From: Phaeosaccion multiseriatum
Lineage: Eukaryota > Protista > Ochrophyta, other classes
Assembly (NCBI GenBank): GCA_965112735.1
Contig: OZ218953.1
Span: 4,154,001-4,218,000, forward strand
Length of the DNA: 64,000 bases
Direction of reading: 5' to 3'
The notes beneath the pieces were generated by a model that was not told the DNA's origin, ran no database searches, and saw nothing but the letters and a program-made list of their open reading frames with translations. Shown in pieces: positions 1 through 12,673 of this stretch (position 1 is the first letter of the stretch; each line of letters opens with the position of its first letter). The position numbers and the translations under genes were made by a program.

Positions 1-273
1 ATCATCCTCTCCATGACGTCACGATTGTGAATCTCCATGGTGATGAGCGACACCACCTTGTTCCTCTCGATGCGCGTGAGCTGCCCTCGGACCATGTCGC
101 TGAGCTTGTTGAGGTGCCCGACTTGCTTCTTCTTCAGCGTCTTAAGGGCGCCCTTGTTACCTGACAGGGCCAGGGAGGAAAGTGAGTGAGTGCGTGAGAG
201 AGATAGTAGCAAATGCCACCGGGTTTCCTTTGACCGTTTTCAGTTTCAGTTTCTTACGATGGCAGACAGACAG

Positions 274-304
<31 letters not shown>

Positions 305-3300
305 TACAGACATACATACATGCATACATACACACATACATACATACATACATACATACATACATACATACATACATACATACATACATACATACATACA
401 TACATACATACATACATACATACATACATACATACATACATACATACATACATACATACATACATACATACATACATACATACATACATACATACATACA
501 TACATACATACATACATACAGACAGACAGACACCAATGGTATGTTTCGTCAAGCAAGAGGTCGATATATAATACATAGGTTCGATATCGATATCGATTGA
601 ATACCTGCGGAGATGGCGGTGAGTGCCTTGCCGCAGTCTGCGGTCCAGCTCACTGCACCAGTCGTGATGAGGAGCTGCCCCTGATAGGCCTTGGCCCACG
701 CCTCCTTCTTGCCGCGGTAGGCCTGTAGGTAGGTAGGTAGCGGCAGAACGAGGGAAGGAGGGTGAGGTGCATGAATAGGGGATGGGAGAGGGAAGGAGGA
801 GACGGGTGAGGTGTTAGGGGGGGTAGGGACCAACCCACGCCCGCACGCACGCACGCATGCACACATCCACCCACTCACCCACCCACACCTACGCCCGCAC
901 CCACCCACATCAACACACCTGCAAACTCGAGGCGAGCTGTTTCTGTAACGCCTGCTGCATGGCCCCCTCGAGCTGCGCTAGCCACTGCTCCACAGGCCCG
1001 TCGATGACCAGATGGTTGACAAGGTCCAGGGTCTCCCCGTCGGGGCTGGTGAGCTGCGTGACCTCCCACTGCTTGTTGAGCTGCTTGCCTGGGGGCAGCA
1101 GGTGGAAGGCCTGTGGTGTCGTGTGGACATACACACATACATAAGAGAGCGTAAGGGGTACGTAAGGGGTAGGTGCGAGCTGAAACTGGACTACACCTTA
1201 TCATCTCATGCACCCCCCGCCGCTCCGCCCCCTGCCCTGCCCTTCCCTCCCCTCCCCTTACCTTGATGCCCTCGAAGCACTTCTTAAGATGCTTCTGCAC
1301 GGCCTCCGGGTTGCGACTCTGCCCCAAAATCTCGAGCAAATCATCATCCGACACAAAGTAGAAGCGTGGGAAAAGCATCCGCTTGGTCTCTAGGTACTGA
1401 TCCAAAGACTTTTGGATCTGCTCCAGGCGCTCATCCATGGAGGCGACATGGTCAAGCATGTCTGGGTTGGTGCAGCAGGCTCGACGCGCGTTAGGGTCGG
1501 CGTTAATGTCCACGAGGATGTCGGCGAACTCCGTATTCACTGTGTGTGTTGTGAGTGTCGTTGGTGGTGTTTGGGATACACGTTTTGGGGAAGGGAAGAG
1601 TGTTGGTGGCTGGTTGGCTACGTGAATAGCAGGTAGGTAGGTAGGTAGGTAGGTAGGTAGGTAGAGGCCTCGTGTCTGCTTCTTCCTTCCGCGCCGGGCC
1701 TACGTCGAGCAAAAGGAATCATACAGCCCTCACTTCAACTTCCACACACCTGTGTTGAACATGGCGCTCTCTGCAGGCAGCTGCTTGCAAATGTCCTCGC
1801 TGGCCATGAAGATACTCTCGAGGTACATCCACTTGCGCTGCACGGTCAGCACCATGTCGACCACCTGTGGCGTACAACATATCACCAACATGGCAACGCA
1901 GTCACAGTGGACAGGTAGGTAGGTAGGTAGGGAGGTAGGGAGGTGGGTAGGTAGGTAGATGAGGAGGGATTTCACGATAAGCAAAGCATAAGGAAGCAAA
2001 AGCGCGTCTCTAAACAAACACACACTCATGCACGCACACACACACACACACACAAACACTCCTTGACATACTACACCCACCCATTGACATACTACACTCA
2101 CCTCACTGATGGTGTTGAGGGTGGCCTCCCAGTGGTCGATCCTCTCAGCGAAGCTCTTGTAGAACTTGGAGGCCTTGATAGTGCTGAGCTGCACCGTGTC
2201 ATCCTCCAGCACCTGGAACAGATCGTCCGTCGAGCGCACCTGGGCAGGCCGGGAAGGAGGAAGGGTTGGGTTGGGGTGAGAGTCAAAAGAGTTTGGGGGT
2301 TGTGAGCCACAGAGGGTCACAAAAACTAAAACTTTGGCAGCAAAGAGCTCGCAGTCCTTCGTTTTGGGACGAGAGAGAGGACCTCCTTCCCCCCAGGGGG
2401 GGGGGGGGGAGAATAAAACTCAAACCCAAACTGTAACAAAAGGGGCTCTTCTCTTTCTCACCTTAAAGTAGCCGTCCTTGTACGGGGCCATTTCAATCTC
2501 CACCTCCTGCCAGCGCTCGGCCACCTCCGTCAAACTTTGTTCAATGCTCAGCTCCTTGTAGGCGTTCGCACTGAGATCCCCGATGAACTCCGCCTTGTCA
2601 CTGAGACCCAACGCAAACACCGCCTCCAACGTAAAGTCCGGGGCCGAGGGGTCAAAGTACCGCCCCACCTCCTCCCTCAGACTGTCCCAGTGCCGCTCTC
2701 GAAGGGCCGGGTTCTTAAGGTCTTGGATAAGCGGCATGGTCTGGCGGAACTGATCGACCTTGACCTTCATGGTCTCCCACACGCCCCACTTGCGCATGTC
2801 TCGGCCCAACTTGCTAATCTTTTTGTTGAACTGCCCGGCAATGGACTCCATCTCTTCAACGTCGAGAGAGGCGAACAGGTCGGTCTTCCAGCCGTCCCAC
2901 GCCTCGCCCCATTCCTTGGCGACGGTCCAAATTTGGTCGAGGAGGTCCAAGTCACGCTCCACAGACTGTTTGTTGTTGTTGTTGTTGTGGGCATATGGGC
3001 ATGTGGGCAGGCATATGGGGCGAGTGTGCAAGGGAAAGGGAAAGGCGTAAAGTACTCGCTTGGGCTGAAAGCTCAGAGGATGGAAGGGAAGAGGTGAATC
3101 CGAAGCTCAGAGCCGAGTACGGTGAATCACAAGTTCAGAGGATGGAAGGAAGCGGAAGAGGCCCCGAAACGCCATTCTCTTCCTCTCTTAAGCCTTCTTC
3201 TGCCCGCCCCACCCGCCCACCCACCCAGTCACCCACCCATTGACTTACTACCCAACCCCACTCACCTTGAGCTCGGCGTGCTCCGGCGTATCCAGACCGA

Positions 3301-5749
3301 ACACTTCTAGACCCTTCTGCATGGCCTGCTGCGCCGCTCTCACGCTGTCCACCTTGGCTCTAAACACTTGAATCGTGTCCATCGCCTCCGCACTGCCGCC
3401 CTCCGCCCCACCCTGGCCCTGCTGAGCATCCCCCCCGCCACCGCCCGGGCCTTCCCCTCCTCCTCCTCCTCCTCCTCCTCCTTCGCCGTCTCCTCCTCCT
3501 TCGCCGTCGCCATCTTCGCCGTCGCCATCTGTCCCAACACCTCCTCCTCCGCTGCCGCCCACTTCGGAGGTCCCTCCCAAGCCCCCGGCGTTGTATGGCA
3601 GGGCAATGGCGGCATCTTTGTGCAACACCATAATACTCTCATTGTAGGACGACATGCTGGACTCCAAGTCTCGCCGCATGTTCACCTTACATCGATTGAG
3701 ATTCTGCTCCACCTCCAGCAACATCATTTCAAAGGCCTCTCCTGCCGGCCGCAGCCCCTCCAGCAGAGCCTGTTCCTCCTCGGCAGGCACCACTTCAAAC
3801 TTGGTCAAGAGCGCGTACATGTCATCCACGGGTTCGAATCTCTCCTTGACCGAGGGGAAACTTGCCTTGCTGTCCTCCAGCAGTCGCCAACTCTCGGACA
3901 AGTGGTCAAGATTGGCCGGAGGAGCCTGCAAGATGGCTGTGTTGGCATCAAACAGCTCGCGCAGCCCTTTGAGCTCGGCAAGCGCATTCTTGTTGAGCTG
4001 TCCCGTAAGCTTGCCCTGCCACTGCACACAATGCCCGACCAGAGCGCCCTTGAGCTGAGTGCAGTCAATCTTGATAAAGTTGACGGTGTGCGTTACATCC
4101 TCATTACCAATGTCCGTCTGTAGCTCTCGGTAACGGTTAATGTCGGCGTCGAACTGCTGCAAGCCCCGGTTGGCCTTGGCGTACTTTCGAATGAAGGAGT
4201 CCTTGTCATTCTCCCAAATGTACTTGTACTTGTCCCAGTAGGACAGATACTTTTGCAGCTCCGTGGCAGACGCGCTCATGCCATTCATAATCTGCACCAC
4301 CACCTTGAGAGTGTCTTCATCGTTGCTAATAATGTGGTAGAAGGACTGCTGCCCACTGCTTCCCGTCCCCCCCCCGCCGCCCCCGCTTCCTCCCCCACCC
4401 CCACCCACAACAGGAGCCATCGCCGCCGCCGTCGCAGCAGCAGCACCACCACCATCCTCTCCTCCCTCCGCCGCCGCCGCCGCTGTGGCCTTGACCGCCG
4501 CTGTCGCCGCCTCCTTCTCCCTCGGGTCCGCCAATGAGTCCCTCAGCCTCGGCACCGCCGCCACCTGCCCATCACAGCAGTGGGGAGGGTCGTGGTGGGA
4601 GGGGTGGGGTGGGGTGGGGTGGGGTAGGTGGGTCATTACGTACACCATACTTCACTAGCATGGGGTGGGGTGGGGTAGGTGGGTCATTACGTACACCATA
4701 CTTCACTAGCATGGGGTGGGGTGGGGTAGGTGGGTCATTAAGTACACCACACTTCACTAGCATGGGGTGGGGTGGGGTAGGTGGGTCATTACGTACACCA
4801 CACTTCACTAGCATGGGGTGGGGTGGGGTAGGTGGGTCATTAAGTACACCATACTTCACTAGCATGGGGTGGGGTGGGGTAGGTGGGTCATTACGTACAC
4901 CATACTTCACAAGTATCTCTACGAAGTCTACTAAGCAAAAGGAGGCACAGTAGTTCACCCTACCCTACCCTACCCTACCCTATACCGTACCGTGCTAATG
5001 AGCTCCTTGGCAGCGATGTTGACCACATGCGTCAAGTTAATCATGGTAGGGCGGTAGTCCACACGCGTTCCTTCGAGCACAATGTTCACTCGGAACAGCG
5101 TATGCGGCTCGGTCTTGGCGTCTCCGTTGATGGCTCTGCTCAGCTCCTGCAGAGACTTGCGCACGGAGTGGCGGAGGGCGGCCTCGATCTCAGAGTCCGT
5201 TTGGGCCACCAGCCCCTGTTGGTGTTGTTGTTTGAAGGGGGCAGGGGGGCAGGGGGGGGGGGGGTGGAAGCGGTTAGCTCTCTCTCCCTCTCCCTCTCCC
5301 TTTCTCTCTCCTTCATCCCCGTTCGATCTCTCTCCATCTCTCTCTCCCTCTACATATATCTACCTCCCTCCGTCTGTCCGTCCGTCCCTCCTTCCCTCTC
5401 CGTCTCTCCTCACACCACGCTCCTCACCCTCCACTCTCGCTTGACCTCCCCCCCTCCTTGGCTGAAGTAGCTGTGAATCTCTCTCATGGAGGCCAGGATG
5501 TTCTGGTGCTGAGTGGCCATCTTGCTCTGCATCGCCTGACAGTGCTCGGACTGCTTGACGCTGAACACCTTGTCGTCGTATACAGTGTTCTTGTCCACCT
5601 GAGCAGACAGAGTGAGATGATGGCAGAGAGGAGAGCAGTCGTTTCAAGAGAGCAGAGAGAGAGAGGGACAGACAGAGAGAGACAGAGACAGAGAGACAGA
5701 GACAGAGAGAGAGAGGGACAGAGAGAGAGAGACAGAGAGAGAGTTAGAT

Positions 5750-5780
<31 letters not shown>

Positions 5781-8700
5781 GGAGAATAGGGAACCAACCC
5801 CCTTCCCCTGCATGCAGGTTAGCCCATTAGCCCATAGGGTCAATTTAAATGAGGAGTCAGGGAGAGCGAGAGAGAGAGAGAGAGCGGGGCTATCTCCTCG
5901 ATCTCACCTTGACCAACAGCAGGCTCGACAGCAGCCTGCAGTTCCTGGCGATTGCCTCCTTGTGCGAATGCACATTGCGCACGAGGGCGTGCGTGTCGGC
6001 GCAGTGACCACAGCAGTCCCTGAGGTAGTACTCCACCATGCCCTTGCTGCTCCATGTCAGCTTGGAAGTGCCCTGGTGAGCAAGTGTAGGGAGGGATGTA
6101 TGGAGGAAAGGGGTGGGGGGAGGAGTAAGAGCGGGAAGGCGGGAGTTAGGGAGGAGAGGGAGTGAAGAAGGAAGGGAGGCAAGGCAAACGGGGCATAGAC
6201 TATGGGTGATGAGGCATAGCCTTGTGAGAGGAGCCCCCTCCTCCCCCCTCCCCCCACCCACCCATCCATCCATCCATCCATCCATCCATCCACCCTCTGT
6301 CCTGACACCAGCCGCCCACCTGGTGAATATGCTTGTCTAGCCTCCGAATGTGGTCGTGGAAGAGTTTCCTCTCGCCGGGGGGCGACAAGTCCGACAAGAT
6401 GGCGTTATAGTCCCTCACGAGCAGCATCACATGCTCTCTCTGACTTCGGAGCTTCTCCCTCTGTTGTTGGTGGCAGGAGGGGTGCGGTAGGGGAGGGTAG
6501 GGTAGGGTAGGGTAGGGTAGGTAGGGTAGGGTAGGGCAGGGTAGGGCAGGGTAGGGTAGGGTAGGGTAGGGTGGGGTAGGGTAGGGTAGGGTAGGGTAGG
6601 GTAGGGTAGGGTAGGGTAGGGTAGGGTAGGGTAGGGTAGGGTAGGGTAGGGTAGGGTAGGGGAGGGGAGGGTAGGGGAGGGGAGGGTAGGGGAGGGGAGG
6701 GTAGGGAAGGGTAGGTAGGGAAGGGTAGGGTAGGGTAGTGTAGGGTAGGGTAGGGTAGGGTAGGGGAGGGGAGGGTAGGGTAGGGTAGGGTAGCGTAGGG
6801 TAGGGTAGGGTAGGGGAGGGTAGGGTAGGGTAGGGTAGGGAAGGGTAGGGTAGGGTAGGGTAGGGTAGGGTGAGGTAGGGTAGGGTAGGGTAGAGTAGGG
6901 GAGGGGAGGGGAGGGGAGGGAAGGGGAGGGGAGGGGAGGGGAGGGGAGGGGAGGGGAGGGGAGGGGAGGGGAGGGGAGGGGAGGGGAGGGGAGGGGAGGG
7001 GAGGGGAGGGGAGGGTAGGGCAGGGCAGGGTAGGGCAGGGTAGGGCAGGGTAGGGTAGGGTAGGGTAGGGTGGGGTAGGGTAGGTTAGGGTAGGGTAGGG
7101 TAGGGTAGGGTAGGGTAAGGTAGGGTAGGGTAAGGTAGGGTAGCGTAGGTAGGGGAGGGGAGGGTAGGGGAGGGTAGGGGAGGGTAGGGTAGGGTAGGGT
7201 AGGGTAGGGTAGGGTAGGGTAAGGTAGGGTAGGGTAAGGTAGGGTAGGGGAGGTAGGGGAGGGTAGGGTAGCGTAGGGTAGGTAGGGTAGGGTAGGGAGG
7301 GAGGGGCGTCCTCCATACCTGGTTGCAAATATCGTGCGCCACATAGGGCACGCTGAACTCCCCCTGGAACTTCTCCCAATACGACACCTCTGCGAAGAGC
7401 GCCAGCAGCTCTTGTGAAAAGTTGCACACAAGGTAGCCCGTCGTTTTGCCCCCTGCCCCTCCTCCGGCGGCAGCACCAGTAGCCCCCGCAGCGCCGCCGC
7501 CGCCTACCCTACTTGCTGCTCCTGTCCCTGCCGCCCCCCCGCCCCCTGTTCCGTCCCCGCCCCCTCCTGCCACCCCCTCCACGGAGTCTTCTGTGGTGGC
7601 ACGTCGAAGTAGCGGTACGTCGAGCTTGGCGCTCAGGGAGGACCCGTCGAGAGTGGACAGAGTGTCTACCCAGGCTTGGTATCTCGCGTTCTTGAAGTCG
7701 CCGATGACGGTGATGAAGACGTTATAGACGGACTCCGCCTCACGGGCGGCTCCCAGTGAGAAGGACAGACCTGGGCGGCGGGAGGGGAGGGAGGGGAGCC
7801 ACAAGGAAAGCAAACGCTCAGTTGAGAAGGAAAGTCACACAGCTTGAGCGTACGTAGTGTGTGTTAAGTCATGAGGGAAGTTTCTGCCTGTCCTTGACGA
7901 GATTACTCGACAAGAGAAGGGCACACAAACGCACTACACACACACCCACACCCACACCCACACGCACGCACGCACGCACACACGCAAACACATACACATA
8001 CACACACCGCACCTGCAGCCTCGTCATCGTCCTCGGCCCCCACGACGCTCCTCGCAAGATACTTGCACCGCCTGAGTAAGTCCCATCCATGCTCCACCAG
8101 CTGGGCCAAAGAGTGGGCCCACAGCGCAGAGCCGGCGAACTGCGGCTCGTTGGGGCGCAGGGGGGGGTTGCGACGCTTCTCGTCCAACTCGTGGCGCAAG
8201 TCCTCGACATAGCGGATGAAAAGGTGGTACACGTCGGCGGTCTTCTTGAGGCATGTCTGCTTGATGGCATCTCTCCTGGCCAAGGTGTAGAAGATCTCCA
8301 AGAGAGCCACGCTGTCGGGTACGCGGGTCACTCCTTCGAAAGCCGTGCTGATGACGTTTGTGTACATGACCTCGAGGTCCTTAACGACGTTCTTGAAGGC
8401 GTTGTAGTCGTCGTGCCAGCGGCTTGTCTTGACGTCGAGAATATCATAGTCCAGATGCCGGAGGTGTTCGATTTGTTGCTCGAAGCGCGCCTAATTGTAA
8501 GGGGAGGGAGGAAGGGGTGGAGGGGAGGGGAGAAGACGTGAGGCGAGGGGAGGCGAAGGGAGAGAGGGGGAGGAAGGAGGGGAGGGGAGGGGAGGGGAGG
8601 GGAGGGGAGTGGAGGGGGGAGAAGGAGGGAGGGAGGGAGGGAGGGAGGGAGGGAGGGAGGGGGAGGGAGGGAGGGAGGGGGAGGGAAGGGGAGGGAAGGG

Positions 8701-9207
8701 AACGGGGGGGGGAGGCGAGAGGGAGGGGAGGGAGGGAGGGGAGGGACGAAGCGACATGAAACACACTCATGACACGAGCACGTTTCTTTCATAATCGTCT
8801 GGGTGGCCAGACAGTAGTTGCTTGGATGAATGCCTACTACGCTGAACCTGCAACCAACCTGAATGCCCAGCAGTGCCTTTGTCACCTCCTGCCCGCGCGT
8901 GCCGCCAAACTCCGGTAAGGTGGCGCTCTCTGGCCCAGTGCGCCTCCTCGCGAATTGGATCTGTCCCTCGCACACCTCAAGAAGGTCGCTGCAGCGCTGC
9001 ACGAAGGCGTCCACCTGTGTAGAGACAGAAAGAGAGAGAGTTAGAGAGAGGAGTTAGAGAGAGAGCAAGGCGATCACAACACGGTGTGGAAGTGAGTGAA
9101 GAGCCAGTCTTCATGCAAATTTCCATTCTTGTGTATTGTCGTTTTGGCCTTGATTCAGCCAACGCGATGCGCACACACATACGCAAACACACACAAACAC
9201 TCGCATA

Positions 9208-9286
<79 letters not shown>

Positions 9287-11699
9287 GAGCGAAGATGGAA
9301 GCCTCGTCGAAGGTCCACTGACGTGCAGGAGCCGACGGGTTCGCTCTGCGGATCAGGGCCGCCGTCTTACCGTACTCGGCCTTCCACTCGTTACCGCACC
9401 TTCGGGGGGGGGGGGGGGAGCGAGAGAGGGAGAGGAGAGAGGGAGAGAGGGAGAGAGGGAGGGAGGGAGAGAGAGAGAGAGAGAGAGAGGAGAGAGGGAG
9501 AGAGGCAGGTGACGAAGGCGTGGAGGAGTGGAGGAGAGGAATGCACCATTAGACAACTCGCGCATGCGGCACAAAAGTCTAGCCCTATCCGAGTGATACC
9601 CATCTACTCACTCGTCCATCCGTCCATTCGTCTATCCACCCATCTATCCATCCATCCATCCTTCCATCTATCCATCCCTCCATCCATGCATCCATTCGTC
9701 TATCCATCCATCCATCCATCCATCCATCCTTCCTTCCTGCCTTCCATCCATTCGTCCATCCTACACTCTCCGCTCCCCTCCCCCACGCACACGCACACAC
9801 ACACAAACACACACACACGCACACACACACCTGCGAGCGAAGTTGAGGGTGGTCATGACGCCGTCCACGTTGCCGTCGAATATGTCATTGAGATTGATGG
9901 AGGCGCAGCAGCGGTGGATGATCTCATTGGATATCTTGCGCAGCAGGCCCGTGAGGCGGTCCTCCGTGTTGTAGTACCTGCAGTGCAGGCCGTCGCCAGG
10001 CGTTGGGTTGGTTGAGGCCCCAGGGGGGTTACGGTAGCGGCGCGTTGAGTCAAGTAAGGTAAGCGAAGCATGCAAGCAACCAAAGAACCAACCAACTATC
10101 TATCCAACCAACAAACCGACCTAGTACGCAACCTACCAAGCGCTCAAGCACAAGAGTAACCAACCAAAACCAACCAGTCCCTACCTCCTTCCCTCCCTCC
10201 CTCCCTCCCTCCCTCCCACCCTGCCTCCCTCCCTCGCTCCCTCCGTCCCTCTCTTCCCTCCGCAACGCACCTACTCAGACTCCAAATCATACGAATGCAG
10301 TTGAGCAAGTTGGGTAGCAGCGCGGGGATGCTCTCCGGCGTGGCGTGTGCAAGCTCTTGACAGGGCTGTGTAATGCTCTCCAAGAAGCGCAAATTGTCAT
10401 TGGCCTCCACGCTGCCCCTCTGGATGTGGCTACTGAGGATGGAGAAAGGCCCTAGATAGGAGCTCTTTGTTGCTTCCAAGACGCTCACCACGAGCTGCAC
10501 ATCGGCTCGCTTGAGCTGCGCGCTGATGCCACTGAGGTCTTTTTGTTTGTTTGTTTGTTTGCGTTGTAGAGAAAGATGGGATGGGTTCAGCGTGGATGGG
10601 TTACTAGGCAGTGTTGGTGAGTGATCCTCCCAAGGGCGGATGTGGCACACACTCCTTCCCTCCCTCCCTCCCTCCCTCACTCACTCACTCACTCACCGAC
10701 AGTCCGGCTTCTCCAGAACTCAATCTCCTCCAAGGGCCCCAGGATCTCGGCATTGAGTGCATTGTCATGGTTGTTGACCACATCCTTGATCTGCCTCGTC
10801 CAGTGAATAGCGATGCTCTCAAGATGCTGTACAACATCCTTGTCCCTCGCGGCCGCTGCCACGTCGTGCAGCTGCACCAGGTCAGCAGGCAGGTACAGCA
10901 CCGTTTTGCCGAGCATCTGGTTGCTCGTCTCAGTGAGGGATGCGAGGAACTTGTGGTAATGCACCGTCAAGTCCTTCTTGACGCTTTCGGGCCAGGAGGA
11001 CTGGGCAGCAAACGCCTTGGGGGAGAAAACACCTTGCATGAGACGCAGAAGACTGTGTACGGCCTGCCCAGACACTACCCCATACTGCACCACCTCCTTC
11101 ATGTTGGTGCTGCTCAGCTGCACACCATCAGGCTTGACAAAGTACCCCACGGCCTGCTCCGCGTTGATGCCTCCTCCGCCACCTCCCCCTGATGCTGTCT
11201 CGGCGCCCCCTCCACCACCACCCTTGGCCACGCTCGGATCCCCCCCCGCGGCAGGCGCTGTCCCACCCCCTGCAGATTCCAGGACAGGCATCGCCCCCAC
11301 AGAGACGGCGAGCTCGTTGCCACACTTGCTCATGACGGCGAAGAGCTTACTGGGCCCCGTGCCCCAAAAGAACTCCACCGCGGCTTGGTCCTGGAGTGGG
11401 GTCCAGTGCCTCTCGGGAACATAGCCAGGCAGAACGAGGCGGTGTTTCAGCCACATCAACATCTCATCGTAGTGAAGCGTTTCCCCGTCGTCGTCCATAT
11501 CGTCTTCTGGTTGAGGCTCCGCCGGAGCTGCCAACGCAGCAGCACCAGCACCAGTAGCGTCCGGGATTGGGCTAATGTCATCCCCAAACGCCCCTGCTCC
11601 TTCTCCAATCTCCTCCCGCTGGTTCCCGGTGAGCTCGGGGCTGCCATCTAGAGCCAATCCATCGCCAGAAGCCCCGATTGGCTCAGCAACCTCACTCAT
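1..11699 (-). CDS. DNAH2: Axonemal inner-arm I1/f beta-type dynein heavy chain, 5' part (tail and linker, ~2040 aa); continues beyond the left edge
   Basis: 19 phase-consistent GT-AG exons: 11699-10697, 10538-10271, 9977-9831, 9399-9285, 9014-8859, 8490-8013, 7770-7319, 6460-6320, 6072-5908, 5598-5428, 5215-4991, 4564-3266, 2965-2462, 2239-2102, 1864-1750, 1539-1262, 1110-919, 722-605, 160-<1. Motifs [52 protein letters not shown] (typical of DNAH2/1-beta), [62 protein letters not shown]. Confidence 0.92.
263..531. repeat. Compound (CAGA)n/(TACA)n microsatellite in dynein intron 18
   Basis: Directly visible tetranucleotide arrays; source of the spurious MYVC/HTYI ORFs. Confidence 0.95.
4611..4910. 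repeat. 51-nt minisatellite, ~6 copies, in dynein intron 11
   Basis: Unit GGGGTGGGGTGGGGTAGGTGGGTCATTACGTACACCATACTTCACTAGCAT, with only two variable positions; appears as a 17-aa periodicity in the ORF track. Confidence 0.95.
6480..7300. repeat. (GGGTA)n/(GGGGA)n pentanucleotide satellite filling dynein intron 7
   Basis: About 800 nt of GGGTA/GGGGA/GGGCA units; reads (CCCTA)n in the pre-mRNA. Confidence 0.95.
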
Positions 11700-12673
11700 G
11701 TTGATGCCAAGATGCTCAGAGGCAGCAGGCGCACCTCCCTCTGGGTCAAAACATGTACCTAGTCAAATCTACGTCGGTAGCTCCTGAGTGCCATGAGAGA
11801 CAGGACAACAGGGTAGACCGCGCAGAGAGATAAGGAGATGAGAAACGTTCTCTTCGAGAAGGAGGAGCAAGTCAAAGGGACGAGGGAGAGAGGGTGGGGA
11901 ATGCTTCCTGCTCGTGTAGCCTCGCCTCGCCCATCCGCCACCCCTGCAGAGATATCTCTCTTGTACACGAGTAGCGAGCTTCAGCGTTGGTTCCTCCCTC
12001 CGCTCGCTGCGGCGCAGCTTCCCGAGAGGGGGCAAAACACTCAGCACCAATCCAGCACAAGGTGAGCTGATGAGCCCTTCCCTAACCCCCATACGCTACC
12101 TCGTACCTACTTCTGCAATGGCTTCGTGTAGACCGCGTCTCGGTCACGCTTTATCTCTTCCCTCTCTCACAGCCCTCAGAGTGGGCAGGTAAGAAGTCTT
12201 TTATGATGATAATTCAATAATCCTCAATGACCGCTCGACCCGTTACGGGACGACGGCAGTGGATGGCTCGTGTTTCCTGGTCTTGACCTTACCCCGCCAT
12301 CTCGTAGCTCTCAAAGAGGAGATAAACGTAAGCAAAGAAGGAGAGGATAGAACCATCTACTTGGAAGGGTGAGGTAGCCGTGCTTGCGGGCAGTGCAGAG
12401 AAAGAGAGGAAGAGCAACTCTTGCCTTTAAGCTTTGAAACTTCACCTCCCAACGGGAGAGGATTGAGAGGGGAAGAAACAACCTTTACCTTTCAGCTTTG
12501 GACATCACCTCCCATCACAGGCAGTGCAGAGAAAGACAGACAAGGTAGAAGCCCCTGAGATTTGAAGCCTCACCTCCTATCAGAGGCGTCATTCTCTCTC
12601 CTCTGGTGAGAGAGATCTGGTGCGCCATGGGACAGGAGTGAATGCAGAGACATTAAAGAGGCCTAAAAAGGCC

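Noticed and set aside
157-699. Long repetitive ORFs (MYVC/HTYI; also PYPTL at 6405-7476, RRQTGDTQTTD at 28630-30024, GTSIGYKHWVQAL at 30261-31086, LSLS at 56549-57469)
   Set aside because: Stop-free translations of intronic micro- and minisatellites; the flanking exons splice around them in phase.
6480-7300. Interstitial telomere
   Set aside because: The unit is GGGTA/GGGGA, not TTAGGG or TTTAGGG, and similar short tracts recur in other introns.
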